From Paramoeba atlantica (taxonomy: Eukaryota; Protista; Discosea): a DNA stretch of 64,000 nt. The position numbers were made by a program, and so were the translations under genes. The notes beneath the pieces were generated by a model. The model saw only the letters and a program-made list of their open reading frames with translations. It did no database searches and was not told the DNA's origin. This document shows, one piece after another, positions 1 to 9,876 of the stretch; the stretch's first letter is position 1, and each line of letters opens with the position of its first letter. The DNA is taken from NCBI GenBank assembly GCA_977017575.1, contig CDRNVI010000021.1, forward strand, positions 124,001 to 188,000. Direction: 5' to 3'.

Positions 1-237
1 CAGAGCCCACCGGACTCCCAAGGATATCAAAGTTTCCGTCATACCTTATTTTGTCGCTAGGAATGTCGGGGAAAAAGGAAGAGGTGTGGGCAGACGCAGG
101 CGGGGTGATGATTTCACATTTTGAGAGGTTCAGAAAGAGTCCCCACGGAGTTCCCACTTCCGCGAGAACGTCTAGTGCCTTCCGGACTTCCTGTGGTTCG
201 CCAATGATCACACCATCATCGAGATACCATAACTGTG
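1..237 (-). pseudogene. CRE/SLACS-clade non-LTR reverse transcriptase fragment (catalytic YLDD region), running off the window start
   Basis: Manual minus-strand translation from 235: QLWYLDDGVIIGEPQEVRKALDVLAEVGTPWGLFLNLSKCEII...FDILGSPVGS. YLDD, GL.LN.SKC and LGSP are RT motifs 5-7. Absent from the ORF track because it has no start codon. Confidence 0.85.
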
Positions 238-907
238 TTTTTTTTTTTTGCAAATAATTGGGGGGAATAGTATTGAGTCTAACTTTTTATGTATGGAGTC
301 CAACTTTTCCACAATTTCCACACTTACGGCCCTTCACTTTCCCTTACTCCCCATACTTTCCACACCTACTCCTCTTAGCCCTCTCGTACTTCCCTTCCCC
401 CACTCCCTACCCCACTCACCGATCCGCATGCACCCAGGCCCGTATGGTCCTGCACCTCCGCTCCCACCCCGTTAGCAGTAATAAATACTTTTGGTTGCCG
501 TACGAGGGTGGGAGACGTGGAGGCCACGAAACACAAAGACGTCGTCACGCCGAGGGAGAAGAGCGCGGAGAGAGACACGGGGGGACTGACGCAGGGGCGA
601 GAGGAGGCGAAGCACGGGCCCATCTGCCAGGAACTCTGCCCCCACCCCGTGAGCAAGTATTGTATACTTTTGGCTGCTGACACGGGGGTGGGGGACGCGA
701 GAGAGAAACACAACAGGGGGACAAGCGCACTGCGGAGGGAGGGTGAGGTGGGGGGATGCGGCGCAGGGGGGTGATGGGACGAGACGGGGAAGGGGGATGC
801 CGACAAAAAGGAGTGTATTTGAGGGGGGTGCCCTCCCATGGTCTGGAAGATGGTGTATGGAAGAAAAGGGGAAATAATTCAACAAGGTACAGAAACTGTA
901 TCTTTAT
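238..907 (-). mobile_element. Processed retro-copy of an SL-capped, polyadenylated RNA (about 670 nt, probably non-coding)
   Basis: The minus strand begins with the 28-nt SL-like sequence (907-880) and ends in A12 (T run 238-249). It has two related internal hairpins at 461-514 and 639-694. Confidence 0.65.
880..907 (-). other. Spliced-leader relic (28 nt)
   Basis: ATAAAGATACAGTTTCTGTACCTTGTTG has the conserved euglenozoan SL core CAGTTTCTGTAC and a terminal TTG at canonical spacing. It is followed by AATT, not by a GT donor. Confidence 0.8.
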
Positions 908-920
908 CGTTTTTTTTTTT

Positions 921-1219
921 CGTACATGGAGAAAATCTTTGCCACAACCGCCTCGACCGCCACCCGGTGTCCAAGTGTGCACCACTGTCACATCATAGAG
1001 TATCTCCCCAACATTTGGCCACATTATGGCCAGATCAGGGCCTGAACGAATTCTCCGAGCACGACAAGGGTGATGTTCTGCAGCTTCAGGTGAAATGGAA
1101 CATTTGCACTTCGTGCAGAAGAAGGAAGAATGAAGGCGTGGTTCTTTTTTTTTTTTTTTTTTTTTCGTACATGGAGAAAATCTTTGCCACAACCGCCTCG
1201 ACCGCCACCCGGTGTCCAA
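921..1219 (-). repeat. 54-bp direct repeat (921-974, 1166-1219), each copy followed on the minus strand by poly(A) (A11, A21), flanking a 170-bp CRE endonuclease fragment
   Basis: Identical cgtacatggagaaaatctttgcc...cggtgtccaa copies preceded by T runs. The spacer 975-1144 encodes EPRLHSSFFCTKCKC...GPDLAIMWPNVGEILYDVTVVHT (PD..D restriction-like endonuclease). Confidence 0.85.
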
Positions 1220-1795
1220 CCGGCAGGCTTTTCTTGGTCGAGTGAGCTGGCCACCTTCCAGTGGCAAGATGAATGGGTGTTTCCACCCACGCACCTCAGG
1301 GGAGACACCCCATTACAGGGTAGTGCGAGACTTGCATACCAGAGTTTTGTTGAATCTCGGATTGCGTCAGAGACTCTGGTAGCTCACTCGCTAAAAACTC
1401 CACTGCTCCGGGTTGTTAGTCCAGGAGCGCTCCTAGCGTGGAGAAACGAAGGGTCTAGCCTAGAAAAAAGGATCTAGTCCCTTCGCTTCTCCGGGAGATG
1501 GGGAGGGATAAAACCTCAGCTAGCACCAATGCCGTTCCACCTCCACCGAGGGGGTAGGGTTAGCGCGCTCGCTAACAACACACATGCCTTGGCGACGGGA
1601 TGCTACCCCGTCTATGCCCCGGAACGCGGTTAAGGACGCCGCGAACAAGGGTTGAACAGGAATAGGAACGGACACATTCCCTCCTGCCAGCTCGGAAACC
1701 CTTACGTCGGAAGGCTGGGGTCGCCACGCCCCATCACCGGCAACGGTCCAATGCCGGGCTCCTGACCTCGTCTTCCCCTTCTGACGCACCCAAAA
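1145..1795 (-). mobile_element. Hairpin-rich, polyadenylated non-coding retroposon-like segment
   Basis: Several stems (TACCAGAGT/ACTCTGGTA; GGAGAA-CGAAGGG/CCCTTCG-TTCTCC; TTAGCG/CGCTAA; GACGGG/CCCGTC), the shared structured motif at 1702-1767, and an A21 tail. The 5' boundary is approximate. Confidence 0.5.
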
Positions 1796-1799
1796 TATG

Positions 1800-4700
1800 A
1801 TAAATAAGATATGCCGTGGCAATGGCGATCCAGTTAGGATAAACAAAAAGGGGGTAGAGCCCTGCCTAAGCCCCGTCGAACTTGGGACAATTCCGACGAG
1901 TTTACTTTCCGAGCCATAGTACAATAATTCGGATGCTCCAGCATACTCAACTTCGAAATACCTTTGAAATGGGCGCAGTGCGCTAAACGCGAATACATGC
2001 TTTGCGATTAGATTCCTGCATGGTGAGTTGAACGCGTTTTTGGAATCAACCGATAGTATGGAGTATCCTTCAGTATACCGCTCGCGAAGTTTGTGAACGA
2101 TCCGTTCACATCCCGCTCTTGAAAACACTCCCTGCTGCATCGGTGCAAACATGGGCGCCAAGGTATCTTCGTAGCGTTGCATCAGGACAATCCCAGCTAG
2201 TTTAGACAGGACCTCTCCCATTGCGACTGGGCGCACCCCACCATTCTCTTTCGGGATCGCCACCAACCGTGAACGGTTCAGCCTATTAGTTACGTCTTTC
2301 ACAAGGAAACCGTTTATGAGGTCGCAAAGCATATGGCACAGATTCAAACATGATACTTCATCATCGATCATTAACCGCACGATTATATCCGTCCTACCTG
2401 TCGGACCTGGGCTAACGCCCTTTGCGAGTCGTTTGCCCGCACTGCGTAATTCTTCTTGTGATATGCTGGACATGATCGGAGCCTCCTCCGGGGCTCTAAA
2501 ATCACATGGTTTCTGCGGGTGCAATTCGGCAAGCTTGTCCAAAGTCTCCTCATCGGACAGTCCGCTGGGTTTGAAATCCTGGTCCATTGTTTTTGCTGCT
2601 TTTGTTGTACACCCTTCCAGAGCCAGACGCATCGCTTTCTTAATCGCCCGGGTGTCTTGAGCTTGCTCGTTGCCCTGCGTGGCAGACGTTCTTTCTTCTA
2701 GGGGTCGTCGCCTTCTCCCCTTTGATTCGGCGCGCCGGATCGTTGCCAGGGATAATTTCATAGCCGACAGCAGGCGGTACCAGATCTGGTTTCGTAATCT
2801 GCTGTTGAGTAATTCTGCACGATGTTGCGAAGCAATGAAATTACACATGGCGCGAATTCGGGTCCGATGGCTCGCATGGTAGGTATAGGGAGACGGTCGA
2901 TACCTTCAGAGTCTGGAGGGGTAGACAATGGTATTTCTTGATTCTCCAGAAAGGAGTCCCGAAGCACGATGTCATCGATTGCTGGCGGCGGCTGGTGCCA
3001 CCAAATACGATAGACTCGGACACAGTCCTGTGGCGGAAGAAAACCTTTGAACTCCTCTCCTCTTCTGTATCCCCGATACCCCGTGTAGGCTATGGTGAGC
3101 TTCCCCAGGCCCCCGCGTTTACTGTAAGTCCTTATTACCTTCCCATTGGATATGTTCAGTTCCTTCTGACGGACAAATGTCCAGACTACTGTGCACTGGG
3201 CTCCTGTCTTGATCTGCTTTGATTGGCGCCAAATTTCATCAGCCGGAATGGGAAATTGAGCGGCAGGGTTAATCGAGTCAGCAATTGTCACCGCATAATC
3301 CTCCGTCATTAGATTCTCTCCAACATATGTCTATCTAATCGCGTCGACTCGCCTGTCCGCCAGTTGCAGCAACCTTTCCCCACTTGCATTTTCTTGATTT
3401 ACTGGTTCTCCTAGCAGTCCTGCGCTGGTTTCCTGTTCCTCCATTTTCCCTGGCTCTTGCATATCAATACCGTTAAAATTTTCGCTGTGAGGTGACGTGC
3501 AGTCGTGAAACTCATACACGAGTTGATCGTCCAATTCAATAGGCGATTGCGATGATTTGCCAGAGACAACGGGTGGATCATCTTCCTCTCTTGAAGAATC
3601 GGACGATGTGTCGATTGCTTGGTGAGCTTAAACACAACATTGCGCTGCGCTTTCGGAATTGAATATGGCATTTGTCGTTGTTGTAATGGCAGCTGCCGCC
3701 GTGGAACACGTTTTCCTGATTCTGCTGCTCCATGTTCCGGGTTCATTTGTATCTTTCTGTGGAATTTTGCTGCTTGAGATTGGAAGGTGTTGCTCTAGTG
3801 TAGCTGCTTTGGGCGGCAAATTTTGTTTGCCGATCTCTTCCTGCACCTTCCGCAGTCGGTGAAAGTCTTTCGCCGAAAAATCGCCCGACGAACCAATGAT
3901 CCTGACTCGGAGCGTGCGAGCTGTGTTCGGCGACGATGTCACAGGCTGTGGCGATGAAGGCTTTGGCGTGAATGCTGGTGGCGTTGGCGGCGAAGATACT
4001 CTCTGCGGCGGGAAAACGAACGCCTTCTTCTTTGATTTCTGTGGCGGGGGAAGGGGCGCTGGCAACTGCGACAAAGATGGCACTGGAGACGCTTGAGGTA
4101 TAGAAGGTTGTTTGTTTTTCCGATTATCCGCCTCGTTCGATTGCAATATCTTTATGGACGGCGCGGGGGCTTGCGATGCTTCTATCGGCACAGGGGCTAC
4201 TATGATAGGCGTCGTCTCCGTATCTTCCTGTTGCGATGTCGGAGGCAGATCCTCACGTTCTGGATCCACCTCACTTCGCGGCGAAGGGATTTCAAGTCGG
4301 CGACGTGTGTTAAACCTGGTCGGAAACTTTGACGGAAAGTTCGCTGCCAGAGTGTCGTAACAAGAAGGCTTCTTTGACGCCGTTTCGCTTATTTCAGTTG
4401 CCCGTTTTGGGGTTGCCATTTGCGGTGTTACCCGTGGCGTTGGCAGTGTTAGTGTCAGTGACAATGGCGGTCTCGTCGGCGATGGCGGCGGTGGCGGCGG
4501 CGGTGGCGGCGACGATGGCGCCGGCGGCATCAGTGGCGTCGGAGATGGTGTCGGCGCCGGCGTCATCAGTGGCGTCGGCGATGGTGTCGGCGATGGCTGC
4601 GGGGCCGGCGGAAGAGACGGAGGAGTCGAAGGTGACGTCGATTGGAGAGGCGACTGAAGAGGCCGCGGAGGAGGAGGTGGGGGAGATGTCGGTGAAGCGG

Positions 4701-4850
4701 ACGAGGGCGGCGACTGCGCGAGCGGCGGCGGTGTTGGGGGTGTTGGTGGTGTGGATGGCGGCGGCGGTGGTGGCGGCAGAGGTCGCTCCTCGGGTGCTTT
4801 CTTCTTTCGGCGTGAAGGTGGCAGCGGTAGGACCTCTGGAGCTACTCGAG
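1800..4850 (-). pseudogene. CRE/SLACS-clade non-LTR retrotransposon ORF, frameshifted (Pro-rich N-terminus, barrel-like domain, RT motifs 0-4)
   Basis: ORFs 3628-4566, 2758-3309 and 1520-2848 contain SRLVAIPKENGGVRPVAMGE, QQGV, SVDSKNAFNS and GLRQGS. Paralogous to 8697-9820 and 17289-19110. Confidence 0.85.
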
Positions 4851-5270
4851 TTTTTTGTAAGATCGAGTTTTTTGTAAGATCGAGATTTTTGTAAGATCGA
4901 GTTTTTTGTAAGATCGAGTTTTTTGTAAAGATCGAGTTTTTTGTAAGATCGAGTTTTTTGTAAGATCGAGTTTTTTGTAAGATCGAGTTTTTTGTAAGAT
5001 CGAGTTTTTTGTAAAATCGAGTTTTTTGTAAGATCGAGTTTTTTGTAAGATCGAGTTTTTTGTAAGATCGAATTTTTTGTAAGATCGAGTTTTTTGTAAG
5101 ATCGAGTTTTTTGTAAGATCGAGTTTTTTGTAAGATCGAGTTTTTTGTAAGATCGAGTTTTTTGTAAGATCGAGTTTTTTGTAAGATCGAGTTTTTTGTA
5201 AGATCGAGTTTTTTGTAAGATCGAGTTTTTTGTAAGATCGAGTTTTTTGTAAAGATCGAGTTTTTTGTAA
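4846..5270. repeat. 17-bp tandem repeat (GAGTTTTTTGTAAGATC), about 25 copies, at the 5' end of the CRE element
   Basis: Directly visible, nearly homogeneous units with no unique spacers. Confidence 0.95.
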
Positions 5271-6199
5271 TAATTCTGTATTGTTAGATAACGTTCCTAG
5301 ATTCTAATATTCATTTATATACATATTATACCCTATCATTTCACATCACTATTATCTCAACTGATATAACAAATCGCATTTTCTTATCAATTACCATAAA
5401 ATTACATAATATGACCGGTCCATATACTTCAACGCTCACCCCTACTTGCGACTGGAATATTTCCTTCCTGATACTTTCCGCCCAGTCGCTAGTACTTCCC
5501 ATTCGCAGTGTTGTCGCGTGCGTGGTCTTTGTCCATCAAAAGCGCTTTCCTTGCCGTGTAGTACAGTTCGTCCGTTGTTGATATGTCGCAAATTTTTGGA
5601 TTAGCGTCTCCAAGTTCCTGGTATTCATGATTTAGTTAGCCGTGGACGCTTCTATTATTCTGGTTTACAGCTGAATTTTCCGTTTTTTTTTTGCGATTAA
5701 TAAGGGGGGAGAAGTATGAAACGCGGCATTGCCTCTATATTACCCAATACATGAACCATGAAGGTCCATTGGGGGGGGTATATGATTTGTAAACAAGCAA
5801 TCAAATTAGCAATTTCACATGTTGTAGCCCAAAACTAGTAATTCAACCTGCCTTAAGTTATTTATGATTCTGATAACAATAATAGTAAAAAAGGAAGCAA
5901 TCCACGCCCAATCCATTTTTTTTTTTTGTGTGTGTGTGTGTGTTTTCGTGTTGCGAATTTTTCGAATGAAAAGAAAATTTTATTGTGCTGCACTCAGAGC
6001 GGTGGCCCCCGTCCAGATGCTGCACATCTTCAACTGCTGATCAAAGTTTAATATGCTTGTAATTATTGCTTTTAAGAGACTGAATCTTATACGAGTAAAG
6101 CTCATAGATGGTGCTATTAGTCTTGCTAGTATTAGGTCAACTCTAATTTATGTCAACTGATATGAGTCATATTGTGACGGTGTCCAGACTCGATACTTG

Positions 6200-6460
6200 T
6201 TAAAACATTCGGCTCCAAGGATCGGCCATGTTGTCCTCCGAACGGACGTAAGTGGGTTTCAGCTGCAGTTTGTATTTTTTGGCGAAATCGAGGATGCGTA
6301 CGAGTGCTACGGATATTCCGTCTGAGTCCGACCATTTACGTCGTATCGCCGAAGCGGCGCTTGTATTATCAATACGTAGATCAATATTTGATATTGTTGA
6401 CCAGTGGTCTGAAAATGAGCTAAGGGCTTGTTCTACTGCTCTCGTTTCCGCTTCATTGAT
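6200..6460 (-). pseudogene. RNase H C-terminal fragment of a third TATE/VIPER-like subfamily
   Basis: Manual translation INEAETRAVEQALSSF...LRIDNTSAASAIRRK...TYVRSEDNMADPWSRMF* aligns with EVNKAEAAAVRLAL...LFIDNTSCQAAINRK...TYVKSQENPADPISREF* at 7534-7800. Confidence 0.75.
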
Positions 6461-6489
6461 TTATAAGGATTTATGGAGATCCAGAACTT

Positions 6490-6573
6490 CTCGTTGTGGA
6501 GGAGTCCGCAGTCTGACGCTGCTAGACAGCGGAAAGAGCCACTTTCCACGCCTTTTTCGGTAACATACTTCTT
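6490..6573 (-). pseudogene. Continuation of the CRE endonuclease interrupted by the YR retrotransposon
   Basis: KKYVTEKGVESGSFRCLAASDCGLLHNE matches RKYVVEKGLEPEYFRCIALTDCGMLHED of the CRE C-terminus at 45941-46252. Confidence 0.75.
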
Positions 6574-6576
6574 GAA

Positions 6577-7265
6577 ATTCACGCCTCGTTCATTGATAAA
6601 TATAACCGAAGTAACAAACGAAATCAAAGAATATTGTTGAAATATAACCTGAGCTAATTATCAGATCAAAACGTACTTTTATGATATATAGTATATAGCA
6701 CTCCTTGTAGATATTTCAAAGGCCTTATTATAGAAACGAAACTAATTAACATCTACAATATACTTTGTGATCGGGGAACCCATCCCCGACCCGCGGCCAA
6801 ATGGATGGGGGTCGGTGGGTGGGCAAAGACTTGTACGTATCGTGTATTGAAGGTGAATGTATTCTACAAATATATTAATCAATGAATAAAGTTCTAATAC
6901 AGAATTTAGTACACGTGCGTTACATAATAAATTATTGTATTCAAATATTTTTGGTGAATTTTCACACGCCCCCTTCTCGGGGGGCCAGCACAAATGCACT
7001 TATTACTCGTCTAAATTTCATCACGTAAACTAATAGAAATTCACGCCTCGTTCATTGATAAATATAACCGAAGTAACAAACGAAATCAAAGAATATTGTT
7101 GAAATATAACCTGAGCTAATTATCAGATCAAAACGTACCTTTATGATATATAGTATATAGCACTCCTTGTAGATATTTCAAAGGCCTTATTATAGAAACG
7201 AAACTAATCAACATCTCCTACAATATACTTTGTGATCGGGGAACCCATCCCCGACCCGCGGCCAA
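6577..7265 (-). repeat. 3' split direct repeats B1-A2-B2
   Basis: About 225-bp B copies (6577-6800, 7039-7265) flank an about 197-bp A copy (6839-7035) that matches 13161-13357. Confidence 0.9.
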
Positions 7266-7533
7266 CCACCCGCTCACTCGTCACACATCACCCGTACACC
7301 AGTCACCTAATCCGTCGCTCACCACAGAAAACCTCCTTTTGAACCAAATCGGTCCCACATCCTGAGGGAGCCGGCCTCAGTATGCGAAACCTATTCACTT
7401 CAAACATATTCGCGTCTTCCTTTCCTATGCTCTGCTTCTTCTTTAGTTTTTTTTTTTTGGTTTCTAAATATAACACACAAGACGTAATGACTCGTTTTTG
7501 TACTCCAAGCACACAAATCAATCTTCCCTATTA

Positions 7534-8023
7534 TCAGAACTCTCTGCTGATCGGATCTGCCGGATTTTCTTGACTCTTAACATATGTCGCCTGTAGGCGA
7601 ATACCCTTGCGCTTAGAATGATCCAAAACCTGCACAAGTTCTCCTGCGATCCCGTCGGACTTCGCGATCTTCCTATTAATAGCGGCTTGACAACTCGTGT
7701 TGTCAATAAATAGATCGAGACACGTTCCCTTAACCAGGTGAGCGTCAAATTTCTCCAGCGCGAGTCGTACCGCCGCCGCCTCTGCCTTGTTAACCTCATA
7801 CGTGGCGTTGGGCTTCCACTTACTCCCTGCGACGAGCATGTCGCCATAATCACAATACATAATGGCCCCCCAACCTTTTCGCGAGGCGTCTGTGTACAGC
7901 CTATGACGGTGCTGTACACAATCTGGGTGTGGCGGTGGTATGATTGGCTTGTTTTCAATGATTTCGTTACGCCATTCCGCGAGCATGGCCCGAGTTCGAA
8001 TAGGAAGGTCGACCAGACGTGTT
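7534..8023 (-). pseudogene. RNase H domain (3' part of the interrupted pol ORF)
   Basis: LYTDASRKGWGA, EAAA, FIDNTS and NPADPISR motifs; same protein sequence as the C-terminal part of 40883-41725. Confidence 0.9.
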
Positions 8024-9862
8024 GTATTGTATTGTATTGTATTCGGGTAAAAACCCTGTAGACGGGGTGTTGCCTCCTCGGAGAGAGCCGAAGGTAGCTC
8101 CGACCCGCACGACCCATGCGCAGACCTAAAAGGAGCGCAGCACAGAGCCGATGCAAGCCGATCCAGCTAACGCGCAGACTGAAAGTCCGCTGCGGGAAGC
8201 TGGATTAGCTAGGAGGGTGGGGTTCGCCACACCCCGACACTGCCAAAAGCAGTGCTACTTGACCCCTTGCCTTCTTGCTGGCATAGTTTGGGAGTGTCGA
8301 CTCTCAGCTTCAACGGTTTTAGCACCTCAGCTTCAACGGACCAAGTCTTCTAGGGTGTTATCCACTCGAGCGGACTTGGATCCTCAGCTTCAACAGGCCA
8401 AACCTCAGCTTCAACGAGCTCGTATCTCTCCAAATTGTTACCCTAGCCCCGTTATCATGGGCTAGTTGCAAGCCGCAGAAAAAAAGAAAAAAGTACGTTC
8501 AAAAAAGCGTGAATGACGCCTACCCTAGTTTTTTAGTACCTTGTTATGTTCGGTACCGGGGTCGCCATTCTCGGGCGGCAGCACAAGGGGCGGCGCAAGG
8601 GGTGGCACAGGAAGCTGGAGAGAGGGCGGCACAGGGGGCGGCACAAGGGGTGGCACAGGGAGTGGCACAGGGGGCGGCACAGGACATATATTAGGACATA
8701 TTCCTCTTGTGTAACCCCTGCTATTGGTGGTGAGTTGCTTGGAAGTTGAAATGTTGTCGGCAGCTGCGGGTGAAGATCTTGTAATTTCTTGAAGGTTTCC
8801 TCGTCTGTAAGCGTGCGGGTTCTTATTTTCTGATCAAGTACTTTTGACGCCTTCTTTGTGCAATTCTCCAGAACCAGTCTTGTTGCCTTCTTGATTGCTC
8901 GCTTATCCAGCAAATTCGACTGTTTGTCTTGCGATGCATCGTTTTCCTGCACTGTGTCGTTCTCCTCTCTCAGAGGCCTCCGTCGTCTAGTTCTCCCCGT
9001 TGCCGCTCTTACTGCTGCTAATGAATGTTTTACTGCAGAAAGGACGCGGTGCCAGATACGGTTTCTTTCTTCATAAGACGCATCCGCATACCCTCTCATA
9101 ATATCGCGATAGATAGCCACGACGCACGGCGCAAAATCCGGGCCAATGGTTCTCTGTGTAGGCATTGGGATGTGATCGAGATCTGATTCCGTATGGTTTA
9201 CCACAGGGGGGACAAATTGTTTTGGGGTGCTTTCTCTCCGCGCCACATTTTCCGCTTCTTCGATCCTATTTTTCCAAATAATTTTGTAAATCTTGACATC
9301 AACATGTGGTGGTAGAGTTCCTCCGAAATTTTTCGCCGCTTTGTGTCCTATCATTCCTTCGTATTTGACTGATACTTTCCCAAGACTTTCCCGTCGAATT
9401 ACTTTCGTGACCACGCCCTTTGGTACGCTTAGATTGGGTTGACCATCGAACACCCACACAACTATGCATTCGGCGCCTGCTTTTATGTTGCACAAGCTAC
9501 TCCAAAGGGCATCTGGAGCTATTGGAAAATGAATTAGTGGGTTGATCGTGCGCAAGAGGCTTTTGGCAAAAACAGTACTGAAAACGGCTTCACTAGACTC
9601 ATGTTGGATGCGATCTGTGTTATCTGTAAATGGTATGATCGGCGTGGGAATAAATTCTGTAGAACTCTCGGTGCGTGCTTCAAACGGATGGGGTGGAGGG
9701 ATTGTATTTACCGAAATTGTTGACCCGACATTCTCAATTTGCGGTGGCGACTCACAGTCTTGGAAAATGTGGTCTGTATTGTAAGTCACGACCGGAGACT
9801 TTTCGGCATCAGAACAAAAAGGGGTGGTTAAACAAAAAGGGGTGGTTACAACAAGGTACAGG
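8024..9862 (-). mobile_element. 1.84-kb chimeric retro-insertion: SL relic + internal CRE ORF fragment + structured non-coding RNA + (AATAC)4 tail, with a 14-bp target-site duplication
   Basis: TSD cgaccagacgtgtt (8010-8023) / cgaccaggcgtgtt (9863-9876). The empty site is seen in the sister copy near 41235-41248. SL 3' 13 nt at 9849-9861; tail at 8024-8043. Confidence 0.85.
9849..9861 (-). other. Spliced-leader relic (3' 13 nt)
   Basis: CTGTACCTTGTTG lies at the 5' end of the insertion, separated from the TSD by one base. Confidence 0.7.
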
Positions 9863-9876
9863 CGACCAGGCGTGTT

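Noticed and set aside
4329-4877. 182-aa Ala/Val-rich plus-strand ORF and similar short ORFs opposite transposases
   Set aside because: Antisense shadows of GC-rich or repetitive coding frames.
4846-5270. CRISPR array (17-bp repeats; also the 47-bp repeats at 48022-49140)
   Set aside because: Units are contiguous with no unique spacers, there are no cas genes, and the context is eukaryotic.
5273-5285. Fifth SL relic (ttctgtattgtt)
   Set aside because: Needs a 2-nt gap, is on the opposite strand and lies in AT-rich DNA; chance is likely.
6045-6065. 18S rRNA 5' fragment (atatgcttgt)
   Set aside because: A 10-nt match only; the flanks do not resemble rRNA.
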